Positions 1 through 8,159 of a DNA stretch of 35,622 bases are shown here, piece after piece. Both the position numbers and the translations under genes were made by a program. The notes under the pieces are model-generated. The model ran no database searches and was not told the DNA's origin. It worked only from the letters and a program-made list of their open reading frames with translations. The stretch's first letter is position 1. Every line of letters starts with the position of its first letter. Origin of the DNA: a virus; IMG/VR virus record IMGVR_UViG_3300050821_016113, positions 1 through 35,622 of that record; one strand, given 5' to 3'.

Positions 1-97
1 TTATCTGACCATCAAACTCTCTTTGCTGAAGATGTTGGAAGACTTCTCGATTATATCTACCAAGAAGGTTACAAGTGCACGCTTGGTGAAGCATTTA
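1..97. repeat. Terminal direct overlap; identical to 35526-35622 (circular closure or terminal redundancy)
   Basis: ttatctgaccatcaaactctc...ggtgaagcattta was read at both ends and is 97/97 identical by eye. Confidence 0.95.
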
Positions 98-330
98 GGT
101 CTAAAGAACAAGCAGAGATCTATGCCAAAGAAGGTAAAGGAATCCTAGATTCGCAGCATTGTAAACGACTTGCTATCGATATCGATCTCTTTAAGGATGG
201 AAAATACTTAACCGAAAACAACGATTATGAACGATTCGGTTGTTTCTGGGAAAACTTAGATGCTCGTAATCGCTGGGGCGGAAGATTTAAGCGTGGCGAT
301 GGAAATCACTTTGAACGGCGGGATGAATAA
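1..330 (+). CDS. Endolysin, peptidase M15 (VanY / L-Ala-D-Glu peptidase-like), 3' part; the gene starts at 35508 and continues through the overlap
   Basis: Frame 1 reads LSDHQTLFAEDVGRLLDYIYQEGYKCTLGEAFRS...SQHCKRLAIDIDLF...GDGNHFERRDE*. It carries SxHxxxxAxD and D..H zinc-ligand style motifs typical of M15 peptidases. Confidence 0.75.
   Translation, partial: LSDHQTLFAEDVGRLLDYIYQEGYKCTLGEAFRSKEQAEIYAKEGKGILDSQHCKRLAIDIDLFKDGKYLTENNDYERFGCFWENLDARNRWGGRFKRGDGNHFERRDE
311..330 (+). promoter_or_regulatory. Junction motif copy 1, TTGAACGGCGGGATGAATAA, abutting GTG start at 331
   Basis: One of three near-identical 20-mers (17/20 invariant); here it encodes the endolysin C-terminus FERRDE*. Confidence 0.5.
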
Positions 331-768
331 GTGAAAAAATTAATAAAAAGGTTCTTTAAAGGAAATAGTGAACTGTCTGCAAAAGAAGTTGAAGCGGTTC
401 TCATGCAAAGACTTAGCCAATTTGAGCAAACTTTTGGGGACTTTCAAACACTTTATAGTCAAGCGCATAAAAACAAAGAAAAGGGATACGATCAATTAGA
501 AGAATTATTGAAAATAAAACCATGGCCTGAAGAGATTGCTTTAAAGTCCGAAGTCATTCGGCAGGAAATGGGTATTGAAATTCTTTTGATCAATAAAGCA
601 TCACAATTAGTTTTGGCTATGTTTAATCAATGTAAAGCTGACAATGATGTTAGTAGAAGAATATTTAAAGAAAAATATGGGCAAGATATTGACCAATTAT
701 TAGTTGATGAAACTAGAGAAGCTTGGAAAGAAAAATTTGGAGTTGCCTGTGAAAACTGCAAAAAATAG
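331..768 (+). CDS. Hypothetical protein (145 aa, GTG start)
   Basis: ORF track. The start follows the junction motif exactly as in the next two genes. No TM segment or recognisable motif. Confidence 0.55.
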   Translation: MKKLIKRFFKGNSELSAKEVEAVLMQRLSQFEQTFGDFQTLYSQAHKNKEKGYDQLEELLKIKPWPEEIALKSEVIRQEMGIEILLINKASQLVLAMFNQCKADNDVSRRIFKEKYGQDIDQLLVDETREAWKEKFGVACENCKK

Positions 769-783
769 TCACGTGCAACCATT

Positions 784-803
784 TTGAACGACGGGACGAA
801 TAA
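784..803 (+). promoter_or_regulatory. Junction motif copy 2, TTGAACGACGGGACGAATAA, overlapping ATG 803
   Basis: This copy is intergenic, because the upstream ORF stops at 768. Confidence 0.5.
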
Positions 804-1063
804 TGAGTAATACTATTCTCCGATTACATTACGAATCTTCGGTACTATCTAAGCATTTTAAAAATGCAGAAGAAAAGAAGGCATTTGCTTTATGGGCCAT
901 CGGAGACAGTGAAGGTTTGCTTGCCGATACTCCTAAAGAATGGAATAAGCGACACGGCGATTTATTGTTTATTAAAGGTGATGACAGAATACAAGATACT
1001 TTGCCTTTGATGATCGAGTTGTGGAAAAAAAATGATGCTCCGTTTGAACGGCGGAATGAATAA
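803..1063 (+). CDS. Hypothetical protein (86 aa)
   Basis: ORF track. The C-terminus FERRNE* is encoded by motif copy 3. Confidence 0.6.
   Translation: MSNTILRLHYESSVLSKHFKNAEEKKAFALWAIGDSEGLLADTPKEWNKRHGDLLFIKGDDRIQDTLPLMIELWKKNDAPFERRNE
1044..1063 (+). promoter_or_regulatory. Junction motif copy 3, TTGAACGGCGGAATGAATAA, overlapping ATG 1063
   Basis: TAATG stop/start overlap, the same geometry as copy 2. Confidence 0.5.
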
Positions 1064-1350
1064 TGCAAAGGTCTGAAATAATTGATAAGAAAAACCGATT
1101 ATTAAAAGAGTACGAAGAAAATAATCCGCGACCTGTTTTATGTGACGGATGTCATAAAATAACAGAAGAAGCCGTAGAAAACTTGCTGAAACAGCGGACA
1201 AATCTTGCTAATGTTTACTGTGAAAAAGATCTGCAAGCCTTGAAGCGGCACTGTAGCTCTAAATTTGATTGGGTAATTAAAGAATTGTCAGTATGGGAAA
1301 AAGAGGTAAGCAATGAAGATACCCATCGAAGCTCAAATCAAACTCAATAA
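1063..1350 (+). CDS. Hypothetical protein (95 aa), overlaps the terL start
   Basis: ORF track; Cys pairs CDGC...C. Confidence 0.5.
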   Translation: MQRSEIIDKKNRLLKEYEENNPRPVLCDGCHKITEEAVENLLKQRTNLANVYCEKDLQALKRHCSSKFDWVIKELSVWEKEVSNEDTHRSSNQTQ

Positions 1351-2671
1351 ATACCAACCCCGTAAATACCAACTACCCCTCCTTGATGCAATCGAAAATA
1401 AGGGATACAAACGCGTATTGGCCATTCTACCTCGTCGTGCTGGCAAAGATATTACTGCCTTTAATCTATGTATTCGTGCTTGTTTGCGCCGGGTATGTGT
1501 GATCTATTATATTTTCCCTACGTATAGCCAGGGCAAGAAAGTTATCTGGGATTCCATTACTAATACCGGTGAACGCGTTTTAGATTATATTCCTGACTCT
1601 CTTATTGAGTCTAAAAACGGTCAGGAAATGAAAATTCGTTTCAAAAATGGTTCACTTTTTCAGATAGTTGGATCAGATAACTATGACTCTTTGATGGGAA
1701 CTAACCCTCAAGGGGTTGTCTTTTCAGAGTATGCCCTTCAAGACCCAAGAGCATACCAATATATAAGACCTATCCTTACTGCTAACGACGGGTGGGCTTT
1801 GTTTTTGTCCACCCCTCGCGGCAAGAATCATTTGTGGGAACTCTATCAGATCGCTAAAAGCTCTAAAGATTGGTTTACCTACAAACTTACTATTGAAGAT
1901 ACCAACCATATTCCCCTTCACGAGATTGAACGGGAAAAAGCAGAAGGTATAATGTCTGATGATTTAATACAGCAAGAGTATTACACTTCCTTTGAGATGG
2001 GTGTAGAAGGAGCGTACTATGCAAAATACTTGGATAGAGCACGCCTTAAAGGTCAAATATCAACGGTACCATGGGAACCCGGGTTCAAAGTGCATACTTG
2101 CTGGGATCTCGGCGTGCGTGATTCTACTGCTATTATTTTCTATCAGGCGGTTGGACAAACGGTAAGAATCATCGACTGTTATGAACGAAATAAAGAAGGG
2201 CTTGAGCACTACATTAATGTGCTTCAGTCAAAGCCTTATCAATATGGTAAACACATTGCACCTCACGATATTAAAGTACGAGAGTTTGGTTCTGGGATGA
2301 CTCGCTGGGAAAAGGCCCGACAATTGGGCATAACCTTTACGATTGCCCCCGATTTATCTATACCTGATGGGATTGAAGCGGTCCGCTCTGCAATGGCAAA
2401 AGTATGGATTGATGAAACCAATTGTGCGCCGTTTATTAAAGCTCTTGAAAACTATAGACAGGAGTACGATGCAAAAAAGAAAGTGTACAAGACACACCCG
2501 TTACATGATAACAATTCTCACTTCGCAGATGCTATGCGTTATCTTGCTATATCATTACCTAAGACTCGCGATGGGTTAACGCCCGAAGAATTAGACCGAC
2601 GCTATAATGAAGCAATGTATGGTGGTAGTTATTCTCCCGTCTTTCAGAAAGATAGTTACGGAATGCTATGA
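1313..2671 (+). CDS. terL: Terminase large subunit
   Basis: 452 aa. Walker-A-like LPRRAGKD, nuclease-type acidic motifs (CWDLGVRDSTAIIFYQ, HFADAMRYL), SD aagagg upstream, and position upstream of the portal. Confidence 0.9.
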   Translation: MKIPIEAQIKLNKYQPRKYQLPLLDAIENKGYKRVLAILPRRAGKDITAFNLCIRACLRRVCVIYYIFPTYSQGKKVIWDSITNTGERVLDYIPDSLIESKNGQEMKIRFKNGSLFQIVGSDNYDSLMGTNPQGVVFSEYALQDPRAYQYIRPILTANDGWALFLSTPRGKNHLWELYQIAKSSKDWFTYKLTIEDTNHIPLHEIEREKAEGIMSDDLIQQEYYTSFEMGVEGAYYAKYLDRARLKGQISTVPWEPGFKVHTCWDLGVRDSTAIIFYQAVGQTVRIIDCYERNKEGLEHYINVLQSKPYQYGKHIAPHDIKVREFGSGMTRWEKARQLGITFTIAPDLSIPDGIEAVRSAMAKVWIDETNCAPFIKALENYRQEYDAKKKVYKTHPLHDNNSHFADAMRYLAISLPKTRDGLTPEELDRRYNEAMYGGSYSPVFQKDSYGML

Positions 2672-2946
2672 AGATAAAACTAAAAATATGGTTAATTGTG
2701 GTACTGCTTTGCTCAATAACAACAGTTGCGTATAACACTCCTGTTATTTTTGATTTGATCGAAGATGAAGGCGTTAAATCAATTCAATTGCCTCCTGTGT
2801 ATATGGATGGAACTAGAATGAGGCCTTTTTTCTTTGTATACGAAGACGATTATGAAGAATTGACCGATGAAGGTAAAAAAACGCTCGCAGAATATTACGC
2901 ACCATTAAATATTCATATAAAGAAAAGACCTTGGTCTTTCTATTGA
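2668..2946 (+). CDS. Small membrane/secreted protein (92 aa)
   Basis: ATGA overlap with terL; N-terminal hydrophobic segment IWLIVVLLCSITTVAY. Confidence 0.55.
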   Translation: MKIKLKIWLIVVLLCSITTVAYNTPVIFDLIEDEGVKSIQLPPVYMDGTRMRPFFFVYEDDYEELTDEGKKTLAEYYAPLNIHIKKRPWSFY

Positions 2947-2962
2947 GCTTGGTAGGAGCGCC

Positions 2963-3157
2963 ATGAAATTTAAGCCTGAAAATATCTATGTTGTTGATCC
3001 CGAGGATATATCTAAAAAGCTTCAATTGGGTATGTTTACTAAACTAGCGCATGGCATTGCTACCAATAAAGAACGGTATTCGCATCATTGGAATGGAAAA
3101 GAATGGGTTCAAGTAGATAATTCCAAGTATTGGCGCCCGCAAGTATTTGAAGAATAA
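2963..3157 (+). CDS. Hypothetical protein (64 aa)
   Basis: ORF track, compact spacing. Confidence 0.45.
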   Translation: MKFKPENIYVVDPEDISKKLQLGMFTKLAHGIATNKERYSHHWNGKEWVQVDNSKYWRPQVFEE

Positions 3158-3225
3158 TTTCTTGCTATCAATTTTGCGCAATCATAGAATAGGGGCAGCA
3201 TGCTCAAAACTATTAAAGGAGATCC

Positions 3226-5301
3226 ATGCTTTTCCCCCAACTTGGACCCCAATATTATGATGAGAAACATAAGGCCGTGCTTACACGCATGGAAGCCTTC
3301 TATAGTGAAGCAATTACCATCAACCAATCTTTCTGGTCAGAAGCTGATACTGATACCAGGTTTCACGCAGGTGACCAAACTCTGTGGTCTGATGTCTATG
3401 GCAACCTTCCGGTAAATCGTCGCTCTGCGTTTACGTTTAACCGCATTCGCCGTGTTACTAATATGATTACTGGTTATCAACGCCGTAATCGCAAATCAAC
3501 GATCGTAATCCCAGTAGAGAATGCTGATGGAGAGACCGCGGATCAATTTTCAAAGATTATGCTCTGGATTGCTAACCAAGAGGGAATGCTCGAGACCGTA
3601 TCTGATGCCTTTGAGGGAGCATTAATTACGGGTATGAACTTGCTTCAGGTTTGGGTTGATTACCGATCCGATCCAGTTTCGGGGAATATTAAAGTAGATA
3701 ACTGTTCATATAACAGCTTTCTTATAGATCCTTTCTTTAAGAAGGCTGATTTGTCTGACTGTAATGCTATCTGGAAACGCAGCTATCTGACCAAACGTGA
3801 ATGCGTTTCTTTAATGCCGGATAAATCTGAAGATATTATGGCGCTCTACGGTGTCGATAATCGTGACGGTAAATTCCAGTTCATGCCGCAATCGTACTCC
3901 TACGGTATGAAAGGTTTGCTCACCTACGACGAGTTCTACTACCGTGATTTCAGACGCCAAAAGATGCTTGTTGATTCCCGTACAGGGGAAACCTTGGAAT
4001 GGAACGGCCAAGATGATGAATCGCTTCAGTATTTCATGAAGCTCTACCCGCAAGTCACCATGATTGAGTCTGAAGTACCTACTGTAAACTTAGCGATTGT
4101 CATTCAGGGACGAGTTATGTACATCGGACCGAATCCGTTAGGGATCGATTCGTATCCATTCGTCCCTGTTTTAGGTTATTACTCTCCACAACTGCCGTAT
4201 TTCCCATGGCGTATTCAAGGTGTTGTGCGTGGATTGCGTGACAGCCAGTATTTATATAACCGTAGAAAAGCCATTGAGCTAGATATCTTAGAATCACAAC
4301 TCAATTCTGGTTGGATCTACAAAGAAAATGCGCTCGTAAATCCTAAAGATGTGTTCTTGGCTGGTCAAGGCCGTGGATTGGCACTTAAAGAAGAAGCCAA
4401 TATGACGGACGTACAACAGATACAGGCGCCAAGTATTCCGCCTTCTATGTTCCAGCTTTCAGAGATGCTCGGTCGTGAAATTCAAGAGATATCTGGCGTA
4501 AATGAAGAACTTTTAGGTTCTGCCACTGATGAAAAAGCAGGTGTTCTTTCAATGCTTCGCCAAGGCGCTGGTTTAACCACACTACAAAATTTATTTGATC
4601 AGCTCGATCGCTCTCAAAAGCTTTTAGGTAAAGTAATACTCGATATAGTTCAGGCTAACTTTACTCCCGGCAAAGTACGCAGAATCATTGAAGCAGAACC
4701 AACACAACAATTTTATAACAAGGCGTTTGGTAAATATGATGCAGTTGTTGAAGAAGGGCTTAATACAGCGACTCAAAAGCAAATGCAATTTGCTCAGCTC
4801 TTACAGATGCGCGAAATTGGTATTGCTATTCCGGATCACGTCTTATTGGATGCGGCTACGCTCCAAAATAAGAAAGAGCTTATTGAGACAGTTACGCAAA
4901 ACAGCAAACAACAACAACAAATACAAATGACCCAGTTACAAGCTGGCCTACAAGAACAACAAGCACGCATTGAGCTCGCTCATGCTCGAGCGGCAGCAGA
5001 TCAAGGTCTTGGTATGGAACGTGCATCACGCGTTCAAGAGAACCAAGCGCTTGCGGTAGAACGTAGAGCTAAAGCAACCCGTGAGCACGAAGAAGGATTG
5101 CTGAACTTTGTGAAGTCACTCAAAGAAGCAGAAGACATAGATCTTCGCCAAATTGAGAAGTTAATACAACTTGCAGCTGCTATGAAAGAATTTGAACAAT
5201 CACAACAACCAGAGGCCATGCCTGAGCCCTCCGCTCAGCAGATCCCCGGCGTTGAAATTAATCAGCCTCCCGCACAGGAAGTTCCTGGGATGGGTAGATA
5301 G
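3226..5301 (+). CDS. Portal protein with long C-terminal helical Q/A/E-rich extension
   Basis: 691 aa, SD aaggag, located directly after terL. Size and a C-terminal coiled-coil tail recall the P22-type barrel. Confidence 0.8.
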   Translation: MLFPQLGPQYYDEKHKAVLTRMEAFYSEAITINQSFWSEADTDTRFHAGDQTLWSDVYGNLPVNRRSAFTFNRIRRVTNMITGYQRRNRKSTIVIPVENADGETADQFSKIMLWIANQEGMLETVSDAFEGALITGMNLLQVWVDYRSDPVSGNIKVDNCSYNSFLIDPFFKKADLSDCNAIWKRSYLTKRECVSLMPDKSEDIMALYGVDNRDGKFQFMPQSYSYGMKGLLTYDEFYYRDFRRQKMLVDSRTGETLEWNGQDDESLQYFMKLYPQVTMIESEVPTVNLAIVIQGRVMYIGPNPLGIDSYPFVPVLGYYSPQLPYFPWRIQGVVRGLRDSQYLYNRRKAIELDILESQLNSGWIYKENALVNPKDVFLAGQGRGLALKEEANMTDVQQIQAPSIPPSMFQLSEMLGREIQEISGVNEELLGSATDEKAGVLSMLRQGAGLTTLQNLFDQLDRSQKLLGKVILDIVQANFTPGKVRRIIEAEPTQQFYNKAFGKYDAVVEEGLNTATQKQMQFAQLLQMREIGIAIPDHVLLDAATLQNKKELIETVTQNSKQQQQIQMTQLQAGLQEQQARIELAHARAAADQGLGMERASRVQENQALAVERRAKATREHEEGLLNFVKSLKEAEDIDLRQIEKLIQLAAAMKEFEQSQQPEAMPEPSAQQIPGVEINQPPAQEVPGMGR

Positions 5302-5358
5302 AGGCTAAAAACCTTGCGACGATACGGATCGGTTCGCAGTTTCTACGAAAGGCCAACA

Positions 5359-5706
5359 ATGGCACGAAGACATTACTCACATCGTGAAGGTGTTATGCGC
5401 AGTGAACGCGGAGAACATGCAAAGAGACTTCATGAAGAACGCAAAATGCATGCCTCTGATCATTATTCTTCTGGGTACTATGAAGGGCCTGAAGAAAGAA
5501 TGAGACAGGAACGGGAAGATGGATCAATGCTCTCAAACGATTACCATGCGATTGCTAACTTGCCTCAAGAACCACGCATGATGTTGTATGAGAGGCTTCC
5601 TTATGGCAAACAATCTGTTCTTAATGATCGTTTGACTGGTATTGATCATCAAATGCGTGATGACGAAGAGCGCAACAAAGATGAGTCATTCCCAGAAAAA
5701 TACTAA
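5359..5706 (+). CDS. Hypothetical charged protein with AIANLP motif (the track starts at TTG 5314; ATG 5359 is preferred)
   Basis: SD gaaagg lies before ATG 5359. The protein is R/E/H-rich and shares AIANLP(Q/E) with the next ORF. Confidence 0.5.
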   Translation: MARRHYSHREGVMRSERGEHAKRLHEERKMHASDHYSSGYYEGPEERMRQEREDGSMLSNDYHAIANLPQEPRMMLYERLPYGKQSVLNDRLTGIDHQMRDDEERNKDESFPEKY

Positions 5707-5715
5707 GGAACTAGT

Positions 5716-6015
5716 ATGGCTAAATTCATAAGAGGCTATACGCCGCTTAATAGGCCAGGAGACCGTGATGAACGGTCCCCTGCTCCTAAAGTCCGGGACA
5801 GACAACGAAAGTTAGAAGAGATCTTTTTAGCTGAACGTGACCCTTTACGTAAGTTTGAACGCTACGATGCTTTAATGGCACACCAAGATCCTAATGCGAT
5901 TGCAAACTTGCCAGAAAAATCAGAATACAAATATTTCAAAGACGTAAAGACGGTACTCGTTTCTCCATTCTTAAATCTCAGTGTGGTCAAAGATCATAAC
6001 GGAGAGGAATGGTAA
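5716..6015 (+). CDS. Hypothetical protein with AIANLP motif (paralogous motif)
   Basis: 99 aa; DPNAIANLPEKSEY compared with DYHAIANLPQEPRM in the preceding ORF. Confidence 0.55.
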   Translation: MAKFIRGYTPLNRPGDRDERSPAPKVRDRQRKLEEIFLAERDPLRKFERYDALMAHQDPNAIANLPEKSEYKYFKDVKTVLVSPFLNLSVVKDHNGEEW

Positions 6016-6164
6016 TGCCTGCAATGCCACGCTATAACAAAAAAGCCAAGCGTATTGCGTTTAAGATCATTGGTGTGCCGCAGGTTTTCAATCGCAAGAA
6101 AACTGAAAAAGAACGGTATATCGACGAGCGTATATGGTTTGAAGAAACATCACGGTCAAGATAG
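6015..6164 (+). CDS. Small basic protein (49 aa), below the ORF-track cutoff
   Basis: Hand translation gives MPAMPRYNKKAKRIAFKIIGVPQVFNRKKTEKERYIDERIWFEETSRSR*, with a TAATG overlap onto the previous stop. Confidence 0.4.
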   Translation: MPAMPRYNKKAKRIAFKIIGVPQVFNRKKTEKERYIDERIWFEETSRSR

Positions 6165-6172
6165 GAAAAGTA

Positions 6173-6391
6173 ATGAAAAAGAAAAAAGTGAGTAAGAAAC
6201 TTAAGAAGATGGTTAAGAGGGCTAAGAAATCAGCCAAGGTTTCTAAGGTTATGCATGAATATAAAGAAGGTGCGTTGCATTCTGGCAGCAAAAAGGGACC
6301 AAAAGTGAAAAGCCGTAAACAAGCTATCGCTATTGCTCTTTCAGAAGCACGTAAAGCTGGCGAAAAAGTAAAGCCTAAACGCAAAAAATAG
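6173..6391 (+). CDS. Extremely lysine-rich small protein (72 aa), DUF6496-like core
   Basis: MHEYKEGALHSGSKKGPKVKSRKQAIAIALSEARKAG resembles, from memory, the family I recall as DUF6496. Roughly one third of residues are K. Confidence 0.6.
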   Translation: MKKKKVSKKLKKMVKRAKKSAKVSKVMHEYKEGALHSGSKKGPKVKSRKQAIAIALSEARKAGEKVKPKRKK

Positions 6392-6415
6392 ATTACACTC
6401 TTGCCAACTATGCAA

Positions 6416-6442
6416 GCCCTAACACGTTAACGGTGTTGGGGC
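6416..6442 (+). terminator. Hairpin after the lysine-rich gene (weak T tract)
   Basis: gccctaacac / gtgttggggc arms, about 10 bp including one G-T pair. Confidence 0.35.
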
Positions 6443-6467
6443 GGCTTTATATAGACCCTTTTTATTA

Positions 6468-6505
6468 GCCGCATGTTGTGAGTCTTCCAATGTGCGGCGT
6501 TTTTT
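6468..6505 (+). terminator. Rho-independent terminator candidate
   Basis: gccgca...tgcggc stem followed by gtttttt. Confidence 0.55.
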
Positions 6506-6535
6506 GCCATATTGGGCGCATATAAGAGGAGCTTT

Positions 6536-7018
6536 ATGGTTGAAAAGAGAGAAAAAATAGGGAAAATCTCATCCCAGCTTTTAGAAAAAGAACCCGATAC
6601 TCGCGATCCGATTGAACTCGAACGAGCGATGCATCAAGACTATGAAAGCAACATAGTTGAATGCGTTCAAGAAGGATCCAGAAAGTTCTCATCAAACTTC
6701 TATGTTGTGGTCATCACCAAAAAAGAAAAGCTGATGCCCAATGTAATTCGGAACTATTTCATTCACCGTCTGACCTGTCCGACTCCCGATTACGATCAAA
6801 CGGTCTATTTCTATAATCGTAAAGAAGATTATTTGGAGTTTATGTGGGTTATCCCATCCAAAGATACATGTGACCTCCTCAGATTTAATGCACTTCAAGT
6901 AGACCAGAAAGAGAAAGAACTACTAAAATATGTTCTTGAGTTTTATGATGGGTCACTTCTTGATTTAGCGCGTCGACTTAATAAAGAACACGAAGATAAA
7001 CCACTCGTTTTAGCATAA
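6536..7018 (+). CDS. Hypothetical head-module protein (the track starts at TTG 6512; ATG 6536 is preferred)
   Basis: SD aagaggag lies 6 nt before ATG 6536; the gene sits before the scaffold-like gene. Confidence 0.6.
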   Translation: MVEKREKIGKISSQLLEKEPDTRDPIELERAMHQDYESNIVECVQEGSRKFSSNFYVVVITKKEKLMPNVIRNYFIHRLTCPTPDYDQTVYFYNRKEDYLEFMWVIPSKDTCDLLRFNALQVDQKEKELLKYVLEFYDGSLLDLARRLNKEHEDKPLVLA

Positions 7019-7028
7019 AAGGATATGT

Positions 7029-7757
7029 ATGTTTGATGATACTCAAAATACTGATCAAACCGAACAAGTAGCTCAAGAAGAAGTTCAACCTGCTGAGCAA
7101 CCACCTGTAGAAAATCTACATCAACAGACTCAAGTTTCTCCTGAAAATGATCATATAAAGAATTTGCGTATTTTAAGAGAAAGAAGTCAACGCGCAGAGC
7201 GTGAAAGAGACGAGCTGATGCGTCGTTTGGCTGAAGTTGAGGCAAAAACTAAACCTCAAGTAGAAGACGAAGATTTCCGCATCGGTGATGACGAGATTGC
7301 TGAAGGAAAGCATCTAAGTAAAATCACTAAGAAAATGAAGAAACTTGAAGAACAAATAGCCAATTACCAACAACAAACCAATGTATCAACAACTGAAGCA
7401 CGTCTTAAAGCACAATACCCAGACTTTGAGCGCGTGGTTAACAAAGAAAATATCGAACTGTTACGCGAATCGTATCCCGATGTTGCTGCCACTCTCAATT
7501 CTTCTACTGATTTGTACAATACTGCTTCTTCTGCATATACGCTCATTAAGAAACTCGGTATTGCTCAAGAAGACCAATATGCTCAAGATCGCGCACGCGC
7601 ACAGACAAATGCTGCAAAACCACGCCCATTAACTTCTATATCGCCACAAGGTAGTGATAGCCCTCTTTCAAGAGCTAATGCTTTTGCTGGCCCATTAACT
7701 GATGATCTTAAAAAGACCTTGCATCGTGAAATGATAGAGGCTATGAAGAATCGCTGA
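7029..7757 (+). CDS. Scaffolding protein candidate
   Basis: 242 aa with an acidic N-terminus and charged helical repeats, positioned between portal and capsid genes. Confidence 0.5.
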   Translation: MFDDTQNTDQTEQVAQEEVQPAEQPPVENLHQQTQVSPENDHIKNLRILRERSQRAERERDELMRRLAEVEAKTKPQVEDEDFRIGDDEIAEGKHLSKITKKMKKLEEQIANYQQQTNVSTTEARLKAQYPDFERVVNKENIELLRESYPDVAATLNSSTDLYNTASSAYTLIKKLGIAQEDQYAQDRARAQTNAAKPRPLTSISPQGSDSPLSRANAFAGPLTDDLKKTLHREMIEAMKNR

Positions 7758-7786
7758 GGCTTCATTCGCCCTTTTTTTACGGGTAA

Positions 7787-7827
7787 CCGGTATGTGATCC
7801 CTATACACGTACCGGCTTTTTTATTTT
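7787..7827 (+). terminator. Strong rho-independent terminator
   Basis: ccggtatgtg / cacgtaccgg 10-bp stem (one G-T pair), 9-nt loop, then cttttttatttt. Confidence 0.8.
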
Positions 7828-7881
7828 CTATATTTGGGGGTATTCTTGAGTTGATTCTGGCTTTAAATGGAAAGGATTGCC

Positions 7882-8070
7882 ATGAAGAAACTCCTCTTGT
7901 TTGTCTTTTGTCTTATGGCTTCTGGAAGTTTTTACGCTTTGCCTCGCGATGTGGCTGATGCAATAAATGATGACCGGCATACAGTGATTGTTTATGTCTG
8001 TTCTGATCCGGATCAATTGAGTCACGAAATGAAGGGTTATCCAATTCCACAAAGAAGACAATTATTTTAA
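7882..8070 (+). CDS. Small secreted protein (signal peptide); possibly extended in the +1 frame to 8152
   Basis: SD gaaagga lies before ATG 7882. N-terminus MKKLLLFVFCLMASGSFYA. See the finding on TTTT-TAA. Confidence 0.5.
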   Translation: MKKLLLFVFCLMASGSFYALPRDVADAINDDRHTVIVYVCSDPDQLSHEMKGYPIPQRRQLF

Positions 8071-8159
8071 ATCTGCTTTACTAGCTAGCGGCATAAGCAC
8101 AGCAATAGGCATAACTTCAGCATTAGTAATTGTATATGTTATGAATAAATAGGGTTGAT

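Noticed and set aside
2343-4930. Internal alternate-frame ORFs (2343-2579, 3200-3415, 3811-4053, 4115-4297, 4688-4930)
   Set aside because: They are embedded in the well-supported terL and portal genes, are short, and have no RBS.
6088-6384. 98-aa minus-strand ORF opposite the lysine-rich gene
   Set aside because: It is the reverse complement of AAA/AAG-rich coding sequence (F/L-rich product). The plus-strand gene has a conserved core motif and fits the operon.
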